Source of the DNA: Mobula birostris
Taxonomy: Eukaryota
NCBI RefSeq assembly: GCF_030028105.1
Contig: NC_092379.1
Span: 22,807,130 to 22,871,129 of the forward strand
Direction of reading: 5' to 3'
DNA: 64,000 nucleotides
Shown here piece after piece: positions 11,693-24,625 of this stretch (positions are counted from its first letter, which is position 1; each line of letters opens with the position of its first letter). A program made the translations under genes and the position numbers. The notes under the pieces are model-generated. The model was given only the letters and a program-made list of their open reading frames with translations. It was not told the origin of the DNA and made no database searches.

Positions 11693-13720
11693 TGTTATGA
11701 GACACTCCCAACTGCACCAGATTCCGGGAGTATGGATAGCTGGCACGGCCCCTTGAAGGGATCAGGACGGTCCTGCTAATTGATAATCATGTTTGTGTGC
11801 CAAGAATTGAGTATTGAAGGAACAACTGAACAGAAGTTCAGCGCTCAATCGTAAGCTGCTTTGTGCTATCATCTAGCATTAGTATTGTGCTCAGCTCTGA
11901 TTTGATACCCTGGCTAGAACCTTGCTTCATTTATCCCGGCAATTAGGTCCAAACCATCCTTATCAAGGACTCTCACCTCAGTACGATTGAGCCAACATGG
12001 ACCCAGTGCAATATCAAAGTCTTTCGTCCACTGTGGTGAGCCACAGTGAAAAGATTTCCAGACAAGGCCTGGAGATTAACGACTCCTGGTACCTGTTCAT
12101 CAACTTTCTCAGGGAGGAAGCCAAGGTCACTCGGGAGAGCCAGTTGGTGCTTCTGTGGAGCCAGCAGGTCTCCCAACCCTGCAGAGATTCGACAGTGACT
12201 CGGGTTCTTACCGTGGCTTCCTCAGCCAATGCTCACTCGTGTTTGAACTACAGCTGTCCCAGTTCCTTTCAGAGCGAGGAAAGGTGGCCTTCATTTTCTC
12301 TCCAGGACTGGAAAAGTCTTGGCCTTGGCCACTGTGCATTGGGAACATCGGTCTGAGATCTGCTCGGATTCAGAGGAATTCATGGCTGCCATGAGGAAGG
12401 TGTTTAATCACCTCACTGGAGCCAGCTGAGACTCAGACCGGCTGATGAAGATTCGACAGGGGGGATGGTCCACGGCCGACAACGCAATCGAATTTTGGAC
12501 CTTGTCCCAGAAGAGTGGTTGGAATGGAGAGGCCATGGCCATGCTCTACCACCACAGAAGAACTAAAGGATGCCTCGTCTTGGGAGAGCCAGCTGAGATC
12601 TTCGAGGCTTTGAGTGACCAGTCCGTCCGTCTCAACAATCGTCTGGCAGAGCGAAAGTGGGACCACTTCAGGAAATCAAAGTGAGCCAGTTTGAGCCCAG
12701 TCCCCATGCAACACAGTTCCACCCCACAACGTCGGACCATAACCAGCCCGTCGCTGCTCAAGATCCAGTCGAACTCATGCAGGTCGGTTGTGCTGGGCTC
12801 TCCACTGATGAAAGGTCCCGGTGTCAGAGTCGCTGCTTTTACTGTGGGGAAGTATGTCACTGGTGAGCCGAGCCGAGACGGCTGCAACTGTCGAGACTGC
12901 TAAGATCATCCAGTATCAGGAGGACTGTGACGGTTGCAGTCACTACTCCCAGTACAACTGACTCTGGGTTCATGCTGAAGGCAGAGTTCACCCGGGGTAA
13001 AAACTTAAGGCAGGTGAGAGCTGCCTGGACTCTGGGACAGTGGGTTATTTTCTGGATTTAAGAACCACCCATCGGTTCGACATACTGCTGTGAGAGTTGA
13101 GCCAACACATGCCCGCAACTGTCTTGGACGGTCGCCCACTAGGTTCCGGGCAGATCCAGCAACAGACTGTGGATTTGCAGATGAGGATAGGGGTCATGTG
13201 GAAGACACTAGCTTCCACATTATTGACTCTTCACTCATATCACTGATCCTCAGGTACCCTGGGCTGTCCCAGTATAACCCATCCGTGGACTGGAGAAAGG
13301 GCAGAATCATTGCTTGGTCCATTCATCATAAGAGGTTTTATTTGCACCATGGTATTCCGAGACGCAAACACTGCTGTGACCAAGAACTAATTAGAGGGCA
13401 GCCTTCAGTGTGAGGTAACCTGAGACCTCCTAGAGACCAAGTCCTGCCCTCAAGGACAAACAAGCCATTTCCAGTCAATAGGACTCTGTGAGTCCAAACA
13501 CTATCTAGTCATGTCCTCTCGATCAGGACAGGACAAAGCAAATACCTGAACAGTCTGGGGAACTTGCAGCCAAGCTTATGGAATCCAGCCGCCAGTTCCA
13601 AAGGAAGGGATAAGACTCCTTTACGCTGACCCTTGAAGTCTTTTTCCAAGAGGGAAATAACCCTCAGTAATGCCTTATTGCTGTTGCCTGAGGATTCAGA
13701 CGGGGATTTGAAGAGGAAGA
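11693..13720 (+). mobile_element. Ty3/Gypsy (chromovirus/sushi-like) element, 5' part: LTR 11693-11980, decayed gag and protease region
   Basis: The LTR starts TGTTATGA after GTCTT and ends CA. The gag ATG is at 11997 (MDP...). Gag motifs include GKVAFI, ELMQVG and the zinc knuckle CFYCGEVCH (12657-12866). The LTR is homologous to 36253-36436. Confidence 0.85.
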
Positions 13721-15140
13721 AGTGTTCAAAAGGCAAGATGACACAATTATGGTATCAAGGGAACTCAAAGGCAACATAACAGCCAAAGAGAGGGCATATA
13801 ATTGAGCTGGAATTGGTGGGAATTTGGAGGGTTGGTAAGCATTTAAAATCAACAGAAGGCAACTAAAAAAGTCAATAAGGAGAATCAGATGGAATGCTAA
13901 AGTAAGCTACTCAATAATATTAAAGAAACACCAAAAGTCGCTTCAGATACATAAAGTGTAGAAGAGAGGCAAGAGTGGAAATCAATGCTGGAAAGGTAGT
14001 AATAGGGGACAAGGAAATGCAGGAGGAACTGAATAAATATTTTGCATCACTCTTCGCTGAGGAAGACATGAGCAGTCTGATAGAACATCCGGGCATCGGG
14101 GTCATGACGTGTGTGAAGCTGCCATTACTACGGAGAAGATTTTTGAGAAATAGAAAGGTCTGAAGGTAGATAAATCACCTGGACCTGATGGTGTACACAC
14201 GAGGGTTCAGAAGGAGGTAGCTTTGGAGATTGTAGAGGCATTTACTGTGATTTTTCAAGAATCCCTAGATTCTGGAATAGTTCCAGAATTCTGGGAAATT
14301 ACAAATGCCATTCTGCTCTTCAAGAAGGGAGAGAGACAGAAGGAAGGAACGTATAGGCCAGTTAGTCTGACTTAAGTGGTTGAGAAGATGTTGGAATTGA
14401 TTGTTAAGTTGTGGTTTTGGGGTACTTGAAGGCACATGGTAAGATAGGCAGAAGTCAGCATGGTTTTCTCAAAGGAAAATCTTTCATGACAAATATGTTG
14501 GAATTCATTGTAGAAATAAAAAGCAAGATAGACAAAGGAGAATCAGTTGATGTTGTGTGCTTGGATTTTCAGAAAGCCTTCAGCAAGCTGCCACACATGA
14601 GGCTGCTTAACAAGCTACGAGCCCATGGTACGACAGGAAAATTTCCAGGATGTTTAAAGCAGTGACTGATTGGTTGGAGGCAAAGAGTGGGAATAAAGGG
14701 AGACTTTTATGGTTGGCTGCAGGTGACTAGTGGTGTTCCACAGAGGTCTTTGTTCGGAATGATTCTTTTTACATTATATGTCAACGATTTGGATGTTGGA
14801 CTTGATGGCTTTGTTGCAAAGTTTACAGACAATATGAAGACAGGTCGAGAGGCAGGTCATTTTGAGGAAGTACAGAGGCTACAGAAAGATAGGCAGATTA
14901 GAAGAATGGGCAAAGAAGAGGCAGATGGAATACAATTCGGGAAGTGTATTGTCATGCTCTTTGGCAGAAGAAATGAAAGGGTTGACTATTTTCAAAATAG
15001 ACAGAAAATATGAAACACTGAGACGCAAAGTGTTTTGCGAGTCCTCGTGCGGGATACTCGAAAGGTTAATTTGCAGTCGGTGGTGAGGAAGGCAAATGTG
15101 ATGTAGAGGACTAGAATATAAAATCAAGGATGTAATGTTG
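13720..15140 (+). mobile_element. Old CR1 ORF2 fragment
   Basis: Peptides GRSQHGFLKGKS, CLDFQKAF, GVPQRS and FTDNMK; homologous to 37000-39100. Confidence 0.85.
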
Positions 15141-15146
15141 ATAATT

Positions 15147-15720
15147 TAAACGGCAACGAACGGTAAACATCGCCGTTCAGCGCAGGCGTAAAGCTGCTGC
15201 ACTTTTGTTCCCAAAGTTTTCTGTGTTCAATCACAAGTCTTGTCCTTTTCACAATTTTACAGCTTTGCTGAAACATCTACTTTAATTTTATGAACCAAAT
15301 GGACCTTTCTGAAAAATTTTCATGCCATTCAGCCCCTGCCACGATTTTAAACAAATGTCACCAATGGTGAGGCAAGCTGTGTGTCGGATCTGCAGGCAAA
15401 CCGATGGAGATAAAAAGCGAGGGTGGCAACATGCAGACCTCCAACCAATAGAGACAGGCGGTCGGCATGTTTCTCTAACCAGATAAAAGACAGGTGGGAG
15501 GACCAGCAGACCTTTTAATCAATGGCTGCAGGGATAGAAACAGGTAGGTGGGAGGTCTGGTTCACTGTGTCTACCTGACATTTTCTCTGACGTTTTCCTT
15601 CTCTGTCTTCCCTCCGCAAACAGCCTCCGGTGGGAATGGCCTGTGTATACTTACATCCCGACACTCTCGCAGACATCTTCTCTGCATCAACCCCATCTGG
15701 GCCTTTCAATGGTCAATAGG
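15147..15720 (+). promoter_or_regulatory. Orphan Pol II promoter-like module with a short 5' intron (copy 1)
   Basis: CCAAT at 15361 and 15445, a GGCAAC motif, GGTGGGAGG and TTTTAA. These are followed by donor CAG|GTAGGT (15544), branch-like CTGAC, a long pyrimidine tract, acceptor CAG (15623) and an ATG at 15636. The promoter part recurs at 43917-44300. Confidence 0.5.
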
Positions 15721-15769
15721 TTTCTGAGTTTTTTATGGCGGTTGGCCATACTGTTCCTGGTTTTGGGGA

Positions 15770-18700
15770 ATGACCCTGGCCAGGTGATTAACCTTTCAGT
15801 GGGTGAACAGTTCGGGAATCATGACCACAACTTGTTAACTTTCAGGATAGTTATCGACAAGAATAGGTATGGTCCTTGTGGAAGAGATTTAAATTGACAC
15901 AGGGCAATTTACAAGGGCATTAGGCAAGAACGAAGAAGCGTTAATTGGGAACACCTTTTCTCTGGCAAGTCCACATCAGACATAAGACCGTGAGACAGGA
16001 GCAGTATTAGGCCATTCTGCCCATCAAGGCTGTACTGCCATTCCATCATGGCTGATCCTGGATTCCACTCAACCCCATAAACCTGCCTTCTCACCATATC
16101 CTTAGATGCCCTGACTGATCAGGAAAATATCAACGTGCCTTAAATATGCCCACAGAATTGGCCTCCACTGCAGTCTGTGACAGACCATTCCACAGTTTCA
16201 CTTTAGGCATCTGTAGTCTCGTGAAACCATGGATTTGGCCTGGGCAAGGTTGTATCAAAGACCGGCAGTTGCCCATGCTGCAAGTCTCCCCTCTCCATGC
16301 CACTGATGTTGTCCAAAGGAAGGGACTCGGGCCAATACAGATTGGCACCAGTGTCGTCGCAGAGCAATGTGTGGTTAAGTGCCTTGCTCAAGGACACAAC
16401 ACACTGCCTTAGCTGAGGCTCAAACCAGTGATCTTCAGATCACTAGACAGATGCCTTCACCAATTGGCCACACGCCAACACACAAATTCACTACTCTCAG
16501 GCTAAAAAAAAATCCTCCTTACCTCTGTTCTGAAAGATCCCCCTCAATTTTGAGACTGTGCACTCTTGTTCTGCATACTCCCACCATAGGAATCATCCTC
16601 TCTACTCCACCCTATCTCGTCCTTTCAACATTCACTAGGTTTCAATGAGATCTGTCTGCATTCTGCTAAGTTCCAGCGAGTACAGGCCCAACACTGCCAA
16701 ACTCTCCTCATATGTTAACCCCTTCATTTCTGGAATTATCCTCGTGACTCTCTCCAATGAAAACACACCCTTTCTGAGATAAGGGGCCCAAAACTGTTGA
16801 CAATACTCCAAGTGCAGCCTGATTAGTGTCTTTTAAAGCCTCAGCAATATCTCCTTGCCTTTATATTTTATTCCCATGAAATAAATGCTAATATTGCATT
16901 TGCCTTCTTCACCACAGACTCAACCTGTAAATTAAACTTCTGAGAGTCTTACACGAGGACTCCTAAGTCCCCTTGCACCTCTGTTGTTTGAACCTTCTCC
17001 CCATTTAGATTGTAGTCTGCACTATAGTTTCATTTACCAAAATGCATTACCATGTATTTCCCAAGATTGTATTCCATCTGCCACTTTTTGCCCATTCTTC
17101 CAATTTATCTAAGTCCTACTGCAATTGCATTGCTTCCTCAGGACTACCTACCCCTCCACCTATCTTTGTATCATCTACAAACTTTGCTACAGAGCCATTA
17201 ATTCCATTATCTGAATCATAACCAAACAATGTGAAAAGTAGCGGTCTCAATACTGAGGAACATCACTAGTCAATGGCAACCAACCAGAGAAGGGCCTTTT
17301 TATTCCCACTTGCTGCCTCCCACCTGTCAGTCATTCCTCTGTCCATGCCAATATCTCTCCTGTAACACCATTCAATTTTATCTTGTAAAGCAGCCTCATG
17401 TGTTGTTCCTTATCAAATAACTTTTCAAAATCCAAGTAAATACCATTCACTGCCTCTCCTTTGTCCAGCCTGCTTGTTAGTTCCTCGAAGAACTCTAACA
17501 GATTTGTCAGGCAAGATTTCCCATTGCAGAAACGACGCTGACTTTGACAAATGTTATCATTCGTCTCCAAATACCCCAAACCTCATCCTAAAGAAAGAGA
17601 CTTCAACACTTCCCAACCACTGAGTTTTGGATAACTCGCCTATAATTTCCTTTATTTTGCCTTCCTCCCTTCTTAAAGAATGGAGGGTGTTTAAAGAGCA
17701 ATTGCACAGAGTACAGGAAAGGTATGTACCTGTTAGAAGGAAGGATGGGGATGGAAATATAAGAGAACCTTGGATATCCAGAGAGGTGATGAATTTAGTC
17801 AAGAAGGAAAAGAAGTATGTAAAGTTTCAGATGTTTGGATCAAAGGAAGCACATGAGGAGTGTAAAGAAACGAGAAAGGAAGTAAAGGGAATGAGGAAAG
17901 CCAGCAAGGGCCATGAAAAGTCCTTGGCAAGTGGGATTAAGGTGAATCTCAAGGCATTTTATACAGACACCGAGAGGAAGATGATAATTTAGAACAGGGT
18001 GGGACCACTCAAGAATGGGGACAGAGGACATTTGCTTGAATGCAGAGAATGTGAGTGAGGTGCCAAGTGAGTACTTTGGTTCAGTACTTACCAAGGAAAA
18101 CGATATGGAGGACCAGGAGATCAGTGCTGAGTATATAAATACATACGGGCATTTAGAGGTCAAGGAGAAAGAAGTGTTGGACCTCCTGATCAGGATTAAG
18201 ATGGATAACTCCTCAGGGCCAGATGTAATTGACTCCAGGTTATTGAAGGATGCAAGAGGTGAGCTTGCTGGGCCCTTGACCAACATCTTTGTGTCCTCTC
18301 TCGCCACAGGTGAGGTCCCTGAAGACTGGCGAGTAGCTAATATTGTACCTCGATTTAAGAAGGGAAAAAGGGAGAATTGTGGGAACTATGGACCAGTAAA
18401 TCTCACTTCAACTGAAGGGAAATTGCCCAATAAAAATCATAAGGATAGGATATCTGAGCATTTGGAAACCCATGGCCTAATTGGGGCGAGACAGCATGGC
18501 TTTAAGCGTGGTAGGTTGTGCCTTACCAACTTGATAGAGTTTTTTGACAAGGTGACAAGACAGATTGATGAGGGTGGGGCAGTGGTTGTTGTCTACATGG
18601 ATTTTAGGAGGGCATTTGACAAAGTACCCCGTGGGAGGCTAATCCAGAAGATTAACGTACATGGGATCTGTAGCAAATTTGCTGTTGGATTCAGAACTGG

Positions 18701-19450
18701 CTTGTGAATAGAAGACAGAGGGTAATGGTTTAGGGGACTTGTTCAAGCTGGAGGTCTGTAATTAGTGGAGTTCCGTAGGTATCTGTGCTGGGACTTCTGC
18801 TGTCTGTAATGTATATAAATGATCTGGATGAAAATGTGGACGGGTGGGTTTGTAAATTTGTGAATGATACCAAGAATGGTGCAGTTGTTGGCAGTGTCGA
18901 AGACTGGCAAAGAATACAGCACAACATTGATCAGCTGCAGATGTGGACTGAGAAATGGCAGAATGGAGTCTAATCCAGATAAATGTGAGGTGTTACACCC
19001 CGGGAGGGCAAATGAAAAGAGACAGTACACCTTTAACAGCAAGGCCTTTTACAGTGTTGTTGAGCAGAGAAATCTTGCGTTCCAAGTTCATACTCCTTGA
19101 AAGTGGCTACACAGGTCAATAAGATGGTTAACAAGGTTTAAGGAATGCTTGCTTTTAATATTCGAGGCATTGAGTTCGAAAGTCAGGAGGTTATGTTGCA
19201 ACTTTTATAAAAGTCAGGTTAGACCACACTGAAGTATTGCATGCAGTTCTGGTTGCCCCACCGTTGGAAGGAAGTTGAGGCTTTGGAGAGGGTGTAGAAG
19301 AAGTTTGCCAGGATGCTGCCTGGTTTCGAGGGAACATGCAAGCAGGAGAGGCCACATAAACTTGGGTTGTTTTCTCTGGAGCGTTGGAGGCTGAGGGGTG
19401 GCAGAATCTGATAGAGGTTTGCAAGATTATGAGAGACAATGATAAAGTGG
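15770..19450 (+). mobile_element. CR1 ORF2 (+) interrupted by a nested minus-strand CR1 (about 15986-17680)
   Basis: The host sequence ...cacatcagacat resumes at ~17680 (ggagggtgtttaaagagc). ORF 18015-18707 is CR1 RT and minus ORF 17331-17579 is the nested RT. Confidence 0.85.
16203..16480 (-). mobile_element. tRNA-derived SINE with a CORE-like central segment
   Basis: The reverse strand has an A-box-like TGGCCAATTGG, a B-box-like GGTTTGAGCC and the segment tgtgtccttgagcaaggcacttaacc. It is nested in a CR1 3' UTR. Confidence 0.7.
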
Positions 19451-19464
19451 ACAGAGAGTTTGGG

Positions 19465-20700
19465 TCTAATGATGTCTACTATAAGCCCACGTCTCTCAAA
19501 GCTGCCTGGAGTATTCCTCTTCCCACACTGTTACTTGTAAAAGTGTCACCCCCTTCTCTCAATTTCTCCGTCTCCACCGCATCTGCTCTCAGAATGAGGC
19601 TTTCCATTCCAGGACGAAGGAGATGTCTTCCTTTTTTAAAGAAAGGGGCTTCCCTTTCTCCACCATCGACTCAACCCTCAAATGCATCTCTCTCATTTCA
19701 CGCACACCCGCTCTCACCCCATCCTCCCACCACCCCACTAGGGATAGGGTTCCTCTTGTCCTCATCTACCACCCCACCAGCCTCCGTGTCCAACATATAA
19801 TTCTCCATAACTTCCGCCACCTACAATGGGACCCCAGCATCAAGCACATTTTTCCCTACCCCCCCCACCTTCTGCTTTCCACAGGGATCGCTCCCTACAC
19901 GACTCCTTTGTCCATTCATCACCCCCTATCCCTTCCCACTGATCTCCCTCCTGGCACTTACCTTGGTAAGCGGAACAAGTTCTACACCTGCCCTTACACT
20001 TCCTCCCTCACCACCATTCAGGGCCCCAGACAGTCCTTCCAGGTGAGATGACTCTTCACCTGTGAGTCTGCTGGTGTGATATACTGTATTCCGTGCTCCC
20101 AGTGTGGCCTTCTATATATTGGTGAGACCCGTCGCAGATTGGGAGACTGCTTCACTGAACACCTACACTCTGTCCGCTAGAGGAAGCAGGATCTCCCTGT
20201 GGCCACACATTTTAATCCTACGTCCCATTCCCATTCCAATATGTCAATCTATGGCCTCTTCTACTCTCGAGATGAAGCCACACTTAGGTTGGAGGAACAA
20301 CACATTATATTCCGTCTGGGTAGCCTCCAACCTGATGGCATGAACATTGATTTCTCTAACTTCTGTTAATACCCCTCCTCTCCTTCTTACTCCATCCCTT
20401 ATTATTTATTATCATTATTATAATTTTTTTCTCTCTTTCCCTCTCACAACAACTCCTTGCCTGTTCTCCATCTTGCTCTGGTGCTCCCCTCCCCTCTTCT
20501 TTCTTCCAAGGCCTTCTGTCCCATGATACTCCCCCTTCCCCAGCCTTGTATCCCTTTTTCCAATCAACTTCCCAGCTCTTGACTTCATCCCTCCCCCTCC
20601 TGTCCTGACGAAGAGTTTCAACCTGAAACGTTGACTGTACTTCTTCCTTTGGATGCTGCCTGGCCTGCTGCGTTGCACCAGCATTTTGTGTGTGTTGTGT
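19465..20700 (+). mobile_element. Penelope-like element, 5'-truncated (RT C-terminus, GIY-YIG endonuclease, 3' UTR with hammerhead)
   Basis: Peptides DVYYKPT, MSSFFKERGFP and GVIYCIPCSQCGLLYIGET...EEQHIIFRLGSLQPDGMN. A degenerate CTGACGA...GAAAC lies at 20605-20629. Confidence 0.9.
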
Positions 20701-21289
20701 GGACAGAGAGTATCTCTTTCCCTGGGTTGAAACATGTAATACCAGAGGGAATGAATTTTAGGTAAAGGGGTGTAGGTCGAAGGGGATATGAGGGGTGAGT
20801 TTTATATGCAGAGAGTGGAGGATGTCTGGAATGCGCTGCCTGGTGTGGTGGTAGACGCAAGTACATTAGAGATGTTTGGAGAGGCAAGTGGATATAGGGA
20901 AGAAGGGGGGATATGGACATGGTGTAGGTGGTAGGGATTGGTGCTTGGGTGTTTTTGATTTACTTTGTAGCTGGTTCGGCTCACCAGTGCAGCCAAAATG
21001 GCCCAAGCTGTAGTAAATTATTTTGGTGCCGCATCCCAAGGGAAAGAATTTGTCGAATTCCTACGAGTTTTTTTTTAGATTAGGGGTGAATGAGCCCACT
21101 TGGCAATTACTCTGGATTGGGCGTTGTGCAATGAACCAGAATAGAGTGGGCAGTTTTAGGTAAGGGAACACTTGGGAGCCAGTGATCATAATATGATGTA
21201 ATGCACCCTGCAATTAATTTGAAAAGGAGAATCTAAAGTCAGTATTACAGTGGAGTGAAGGGAATTACAGAGGTATGAGGGAGGAGTGG

Positions 21290-21880
21290 GCCAAAATTGA
21301 TTGGAAGGGGACACTAGAAGGGATGACGGCACAGCAGAAATGGCTGGATTATCTGGGAGCAATTTGAAAGGCACAATACAGATGGACCCCAAAGAAGAAA
21401 TATTCTAAAGGCAGGATCATGCCAGGCAACATCTATGGAAAAGAGTTAACAAACAATGATTCAGACCAAGACCCTTCATCAGTCTGAAACTTTGATGGTT
21501 TACTCTTTATTGTAGGTGCTACCAGGCCTGCTGAACTCTTCCAGCATAGTGTGTGTGTTGCCAAATGACCCATAGTTCTACAGGAGAGATACGAACCTGG
21601 ATAGAACATTCTCTGATTGGTAGGAGGCAAAAAGTAGGAATAAAGGGAGCCTTTTCTGGTTAGCTGCTGGTGACTCGTGATGTTCCACAAGGGTCTGTGT
21701 TTGGACTGCATCTTTTCATGTAAAATGTCAGTGAATTGGATTACAAAATTGATGGCTTTTATGGCCAAGTTTGTGGATGATACTGAGAGAGGTGGAAAGG
21801 CAGATAGAGTTGAGAAAGCAGAGAGGCTACAGAAATACTTAGACAGATTTTAAAAATGGGCAAAGAAGTGGCAGATATGA
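21290..21880 (+). repeat. Composite CR1 / inverted hammerhead-fragment / CR1 segment, copy 2
   Basis: Collinear with 10711-11290, including both internal breakpoints. Confidence 0.8.
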
Positions 21881-22780
21881 TAAAGTGTAGACTACTTTCT
21901 AAGCAAGAAGGCTGCGAGTGGAACGGCTGAGGATTTCTGGAGCGAGGGCGTTTTACTACTCAGGGTAAAGAGAGGCAAGACTGCGCAGGCGCGTGATGTC
22001 TGCCGGTAGAGCGGGAAATGTTTAAAGACTGCCATATCCAGCGGGCAGCGGAGTGAGAGGGCTTAAGCTCAACGGGCTTAGGCAGTAACGGGATGAGGTG
22101 AGGTAGGTTTACCTGTGTTAATTGTAGAAAGGAGGTATGTGTGTGAAGCCGGTGTTCTGTGCTCGGTGTCAGATGTGGGAGGTCCTGGAGTCTGCCAGCT
22201 TCCCGGACGGCCATATCTGCACCCGGTGTGTCGAGCTGCAGCTCCTAAGGGACCGCGTTAGGGAACTGGGGTTGCAACTTGATGACCTTCGTCTGGTCAG
22301 GGAGAGCAAGGAAGTGATAGAAATAGTTATAGGCCGGTGATCACACCAAGGCCACAGGAGCCAGGCAAGTGGGTCACAGTCAGGAGAGGGAAGGGGAAGA
22401 GCCAGGTACTCGAGAGTACCCCTGTGGCTGTCCCCCTGAACAATAAGTACTCCTGTTTGATTACTGTTGGGGGAAGCAGCAGTGGCCATACCTCTGGCAC
22501 AGAGTCTGGGCCTGTGGATCAGAAGGGTAGGGAAAGGAACAGAAAGACAGTAGTGATAGGGGACTCTATAGTTAGGGGTTCAGACAGGCGATTCTGTGGA
22601 CGCAGGAAAGAAACTGGGATGGTAGTTTGCCTCCTAGGTGCCAAGGTCCGGGATGTTTCAGATCGCGTCCACGATATCCTGCAGTGGGAGGGAGAACAGC
22701 CAGAGGTCGTGGTACATATTGTCCTGAAAACAAATTACAGGGAGTTAGGAAGGAAGTTGAGAAGCAGGACCGTAAAGTTA

Positions 22781-23544
22781 GAGGGGGTACACTTTGGAAG
22801 GCCAAACTCCAAGGCAGAGTACAAAGTAAATGGCAGGATACTTGGTAGTGTGGAGGAGCAGAGGGATCTGGGGGCACATGTCCACAGATCCCTGAAAGTT
22901 GCCTCACAGGTAGACAGGGTAATAAAGAAAGCTTATGGGGTGTTCGCTTTCATAAGTCAAGGGATAGAGTTTAAGAGTCGCGATGTAATGGTGCAGCTCT
23001 ATAAAACTCTGGTTAGGCCACACATGGAGTACTGTGTCCAGTTCTGGTCACCTCACTATAGGAAGGATGTGGAAGCATTGGAAAGGGTACAGAGGAGATT
23101 TACCAGGATGCTCCCTGGTTTAGAAAGTACGGATTATGATCAGAGTTTAAGGGAGCTAGGGCTTTACTCTTTGGAGAGAAGGAGGATGAGAGGAGACATG
23201 ATAGAGGTGTACAAGATATTAAGAGGAATAGATAGAGTGGATAGCCAGCACCCCTTCCCCAGGGCACCACTGCTGATTACAAGAGGACATGGCTTTAAGG
23301 TAAGGGGTGGGAAGTTCAAGGGGGATATTAGAGGAAGGGTTTTTACTCACAGAGTGGTTGGTGTGTGGAATGCACTGCCTGAGTCAGTGGTGGAGGCAGG
23401 TACACTCGTGAAGTTTAAGAAACTACTGGACAGGTATATGGAGGAATGTAAGGTAGGGGATTATATGGGAGGCAGGGTTTGAGGGTCGGCACAACATTGT
23501 GGGCCGAAGGGCCTGTAATGTGCTGTACTATTCTATGTTCTATG
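22781..23544 (+). mobile_element. Nested 5'-truncated CR1 3' end with (ttctatg)n tail
   Basis: It interrupts host ORF1 between ...agcaggaccgtaaagttag and taatctcaggattactgcc. Same subfamily as 44300-46445. Confidence 0.88.
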
Positions 23545-24589
23545 TAATCTCAGGATTACTGCCTGTGCCATGTGACAGTGAGTATAGGAATAGAATGAGG
23601 TGGAGGAAAAATGCGTGGCTGAGGGATTGGAGCGGGGGCAGGAATTCAGATTTCTGGATCATTGGGACCTCTTTTGGGGCAGGTGTGACCTGTACAAAAA
23701 TGACGGGTTGCACTTGAATCCCAGGGGACTAATACCCTGGCGGGGAGGTTTGCTAAGGCTACTGGGGAGAGTTTAAACTAGAATTTTTCAGGGGTGGGAA
23801 CCGAACTGAAGAGACTGGGGAAGAGGCGATTGGCTCACAAATAGAGAAAGCTTGGAGACAGTGTGTGAGGGAGGAAAGGCAGGTGATAGAGAAGGGACGC
23901 GCTCAGACCGACAGTTTGAGATGTGTCTATTTTAATGAAAGAAGTATTGTGAACAAAGCGGATGAGCAGAGCGTGGATCAGTACTTCGAGCTATGATATG
24001 TTGGCCATTACAGAGACTTGGATGGTTCAGGGACAGGAATGGTTACTTCAAGTGCCGGGTTTTAGATGTTTCAGAAAGGACAGGGAGGGAGGCAAAAGAG
24101 GTGGGGGCGTGGCACTGTTGATCAGAGATAGTGTCACGGTTGCAAAAAAGGTGGATGTCATGGAGGGATTGTCTACGGAGTCTCTGTGGGTGGAAGTTAG
24201 GAACAGGAAGGGGTCAATAACTCTACTGGGTGTTTTTTTCGGTCACCCAATAATAACAGGGATATCGAGGAGCAGGTAGGGAAACAGATCCTGGAAAGGT
24301 GTAATCATAACATAGTTATCGTGGTGGTTGATTTTAATTTCCCAAATATCGATTGGCATCTCCCCAGAGCAAAGGGTTTAAATGGGGTGTAGTTTGTTAG
24401 GTGTGTTCAGGAGGGTTTCTAGACACAATATGTAGATGAGCCTACAAGAGGAGAGACTACTTGATTTGGTATTGGGAAATGAACCTGGTCAGGTGTCAGA
24501 TCTCTCAGTGGGAGAGCATTTTGGAGATAGTGATCATTATTCTATCTCATTTACAATAGTATTGGCGAGAAAAAGGAAAAAGTTAGAAA

Positions 24590-24625
24590 AGTCCTGACGA
24601 CGGGTCTCAGCCTGAAACGTCGACT
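24590..24625 (+). ncRNA. Minimal type I hammerhead ribozyme motif in a 97-bp insertion (24593-24689)
   Basis: AGTC-CTGACGA-cgggtctcagcct-GAAAC-GTC-GACT, with the first stem II pair mismatched. The insertion is flanked by the direct repeat aagttagaaaagt (24580-24592, 24690-24702). Confidence 0.75.

Noticed and set aside
15563-15569. CACTGTG (possible J/D-side heptamer)
   Set aside because: There is no GGTTTTTGT-like nonamer at 12 or 23 bp and no J motif downstream.
22337-23482. 381-aa ORF that looks like a novel esterase-RT fusion gene
   Set aside because: It is a chance in-frame join of a host CR1 ORF1 and a nested 5'-truncated CR1 3' end. The host ORF1 resumes after the (ttctatg)n tail at 23544.
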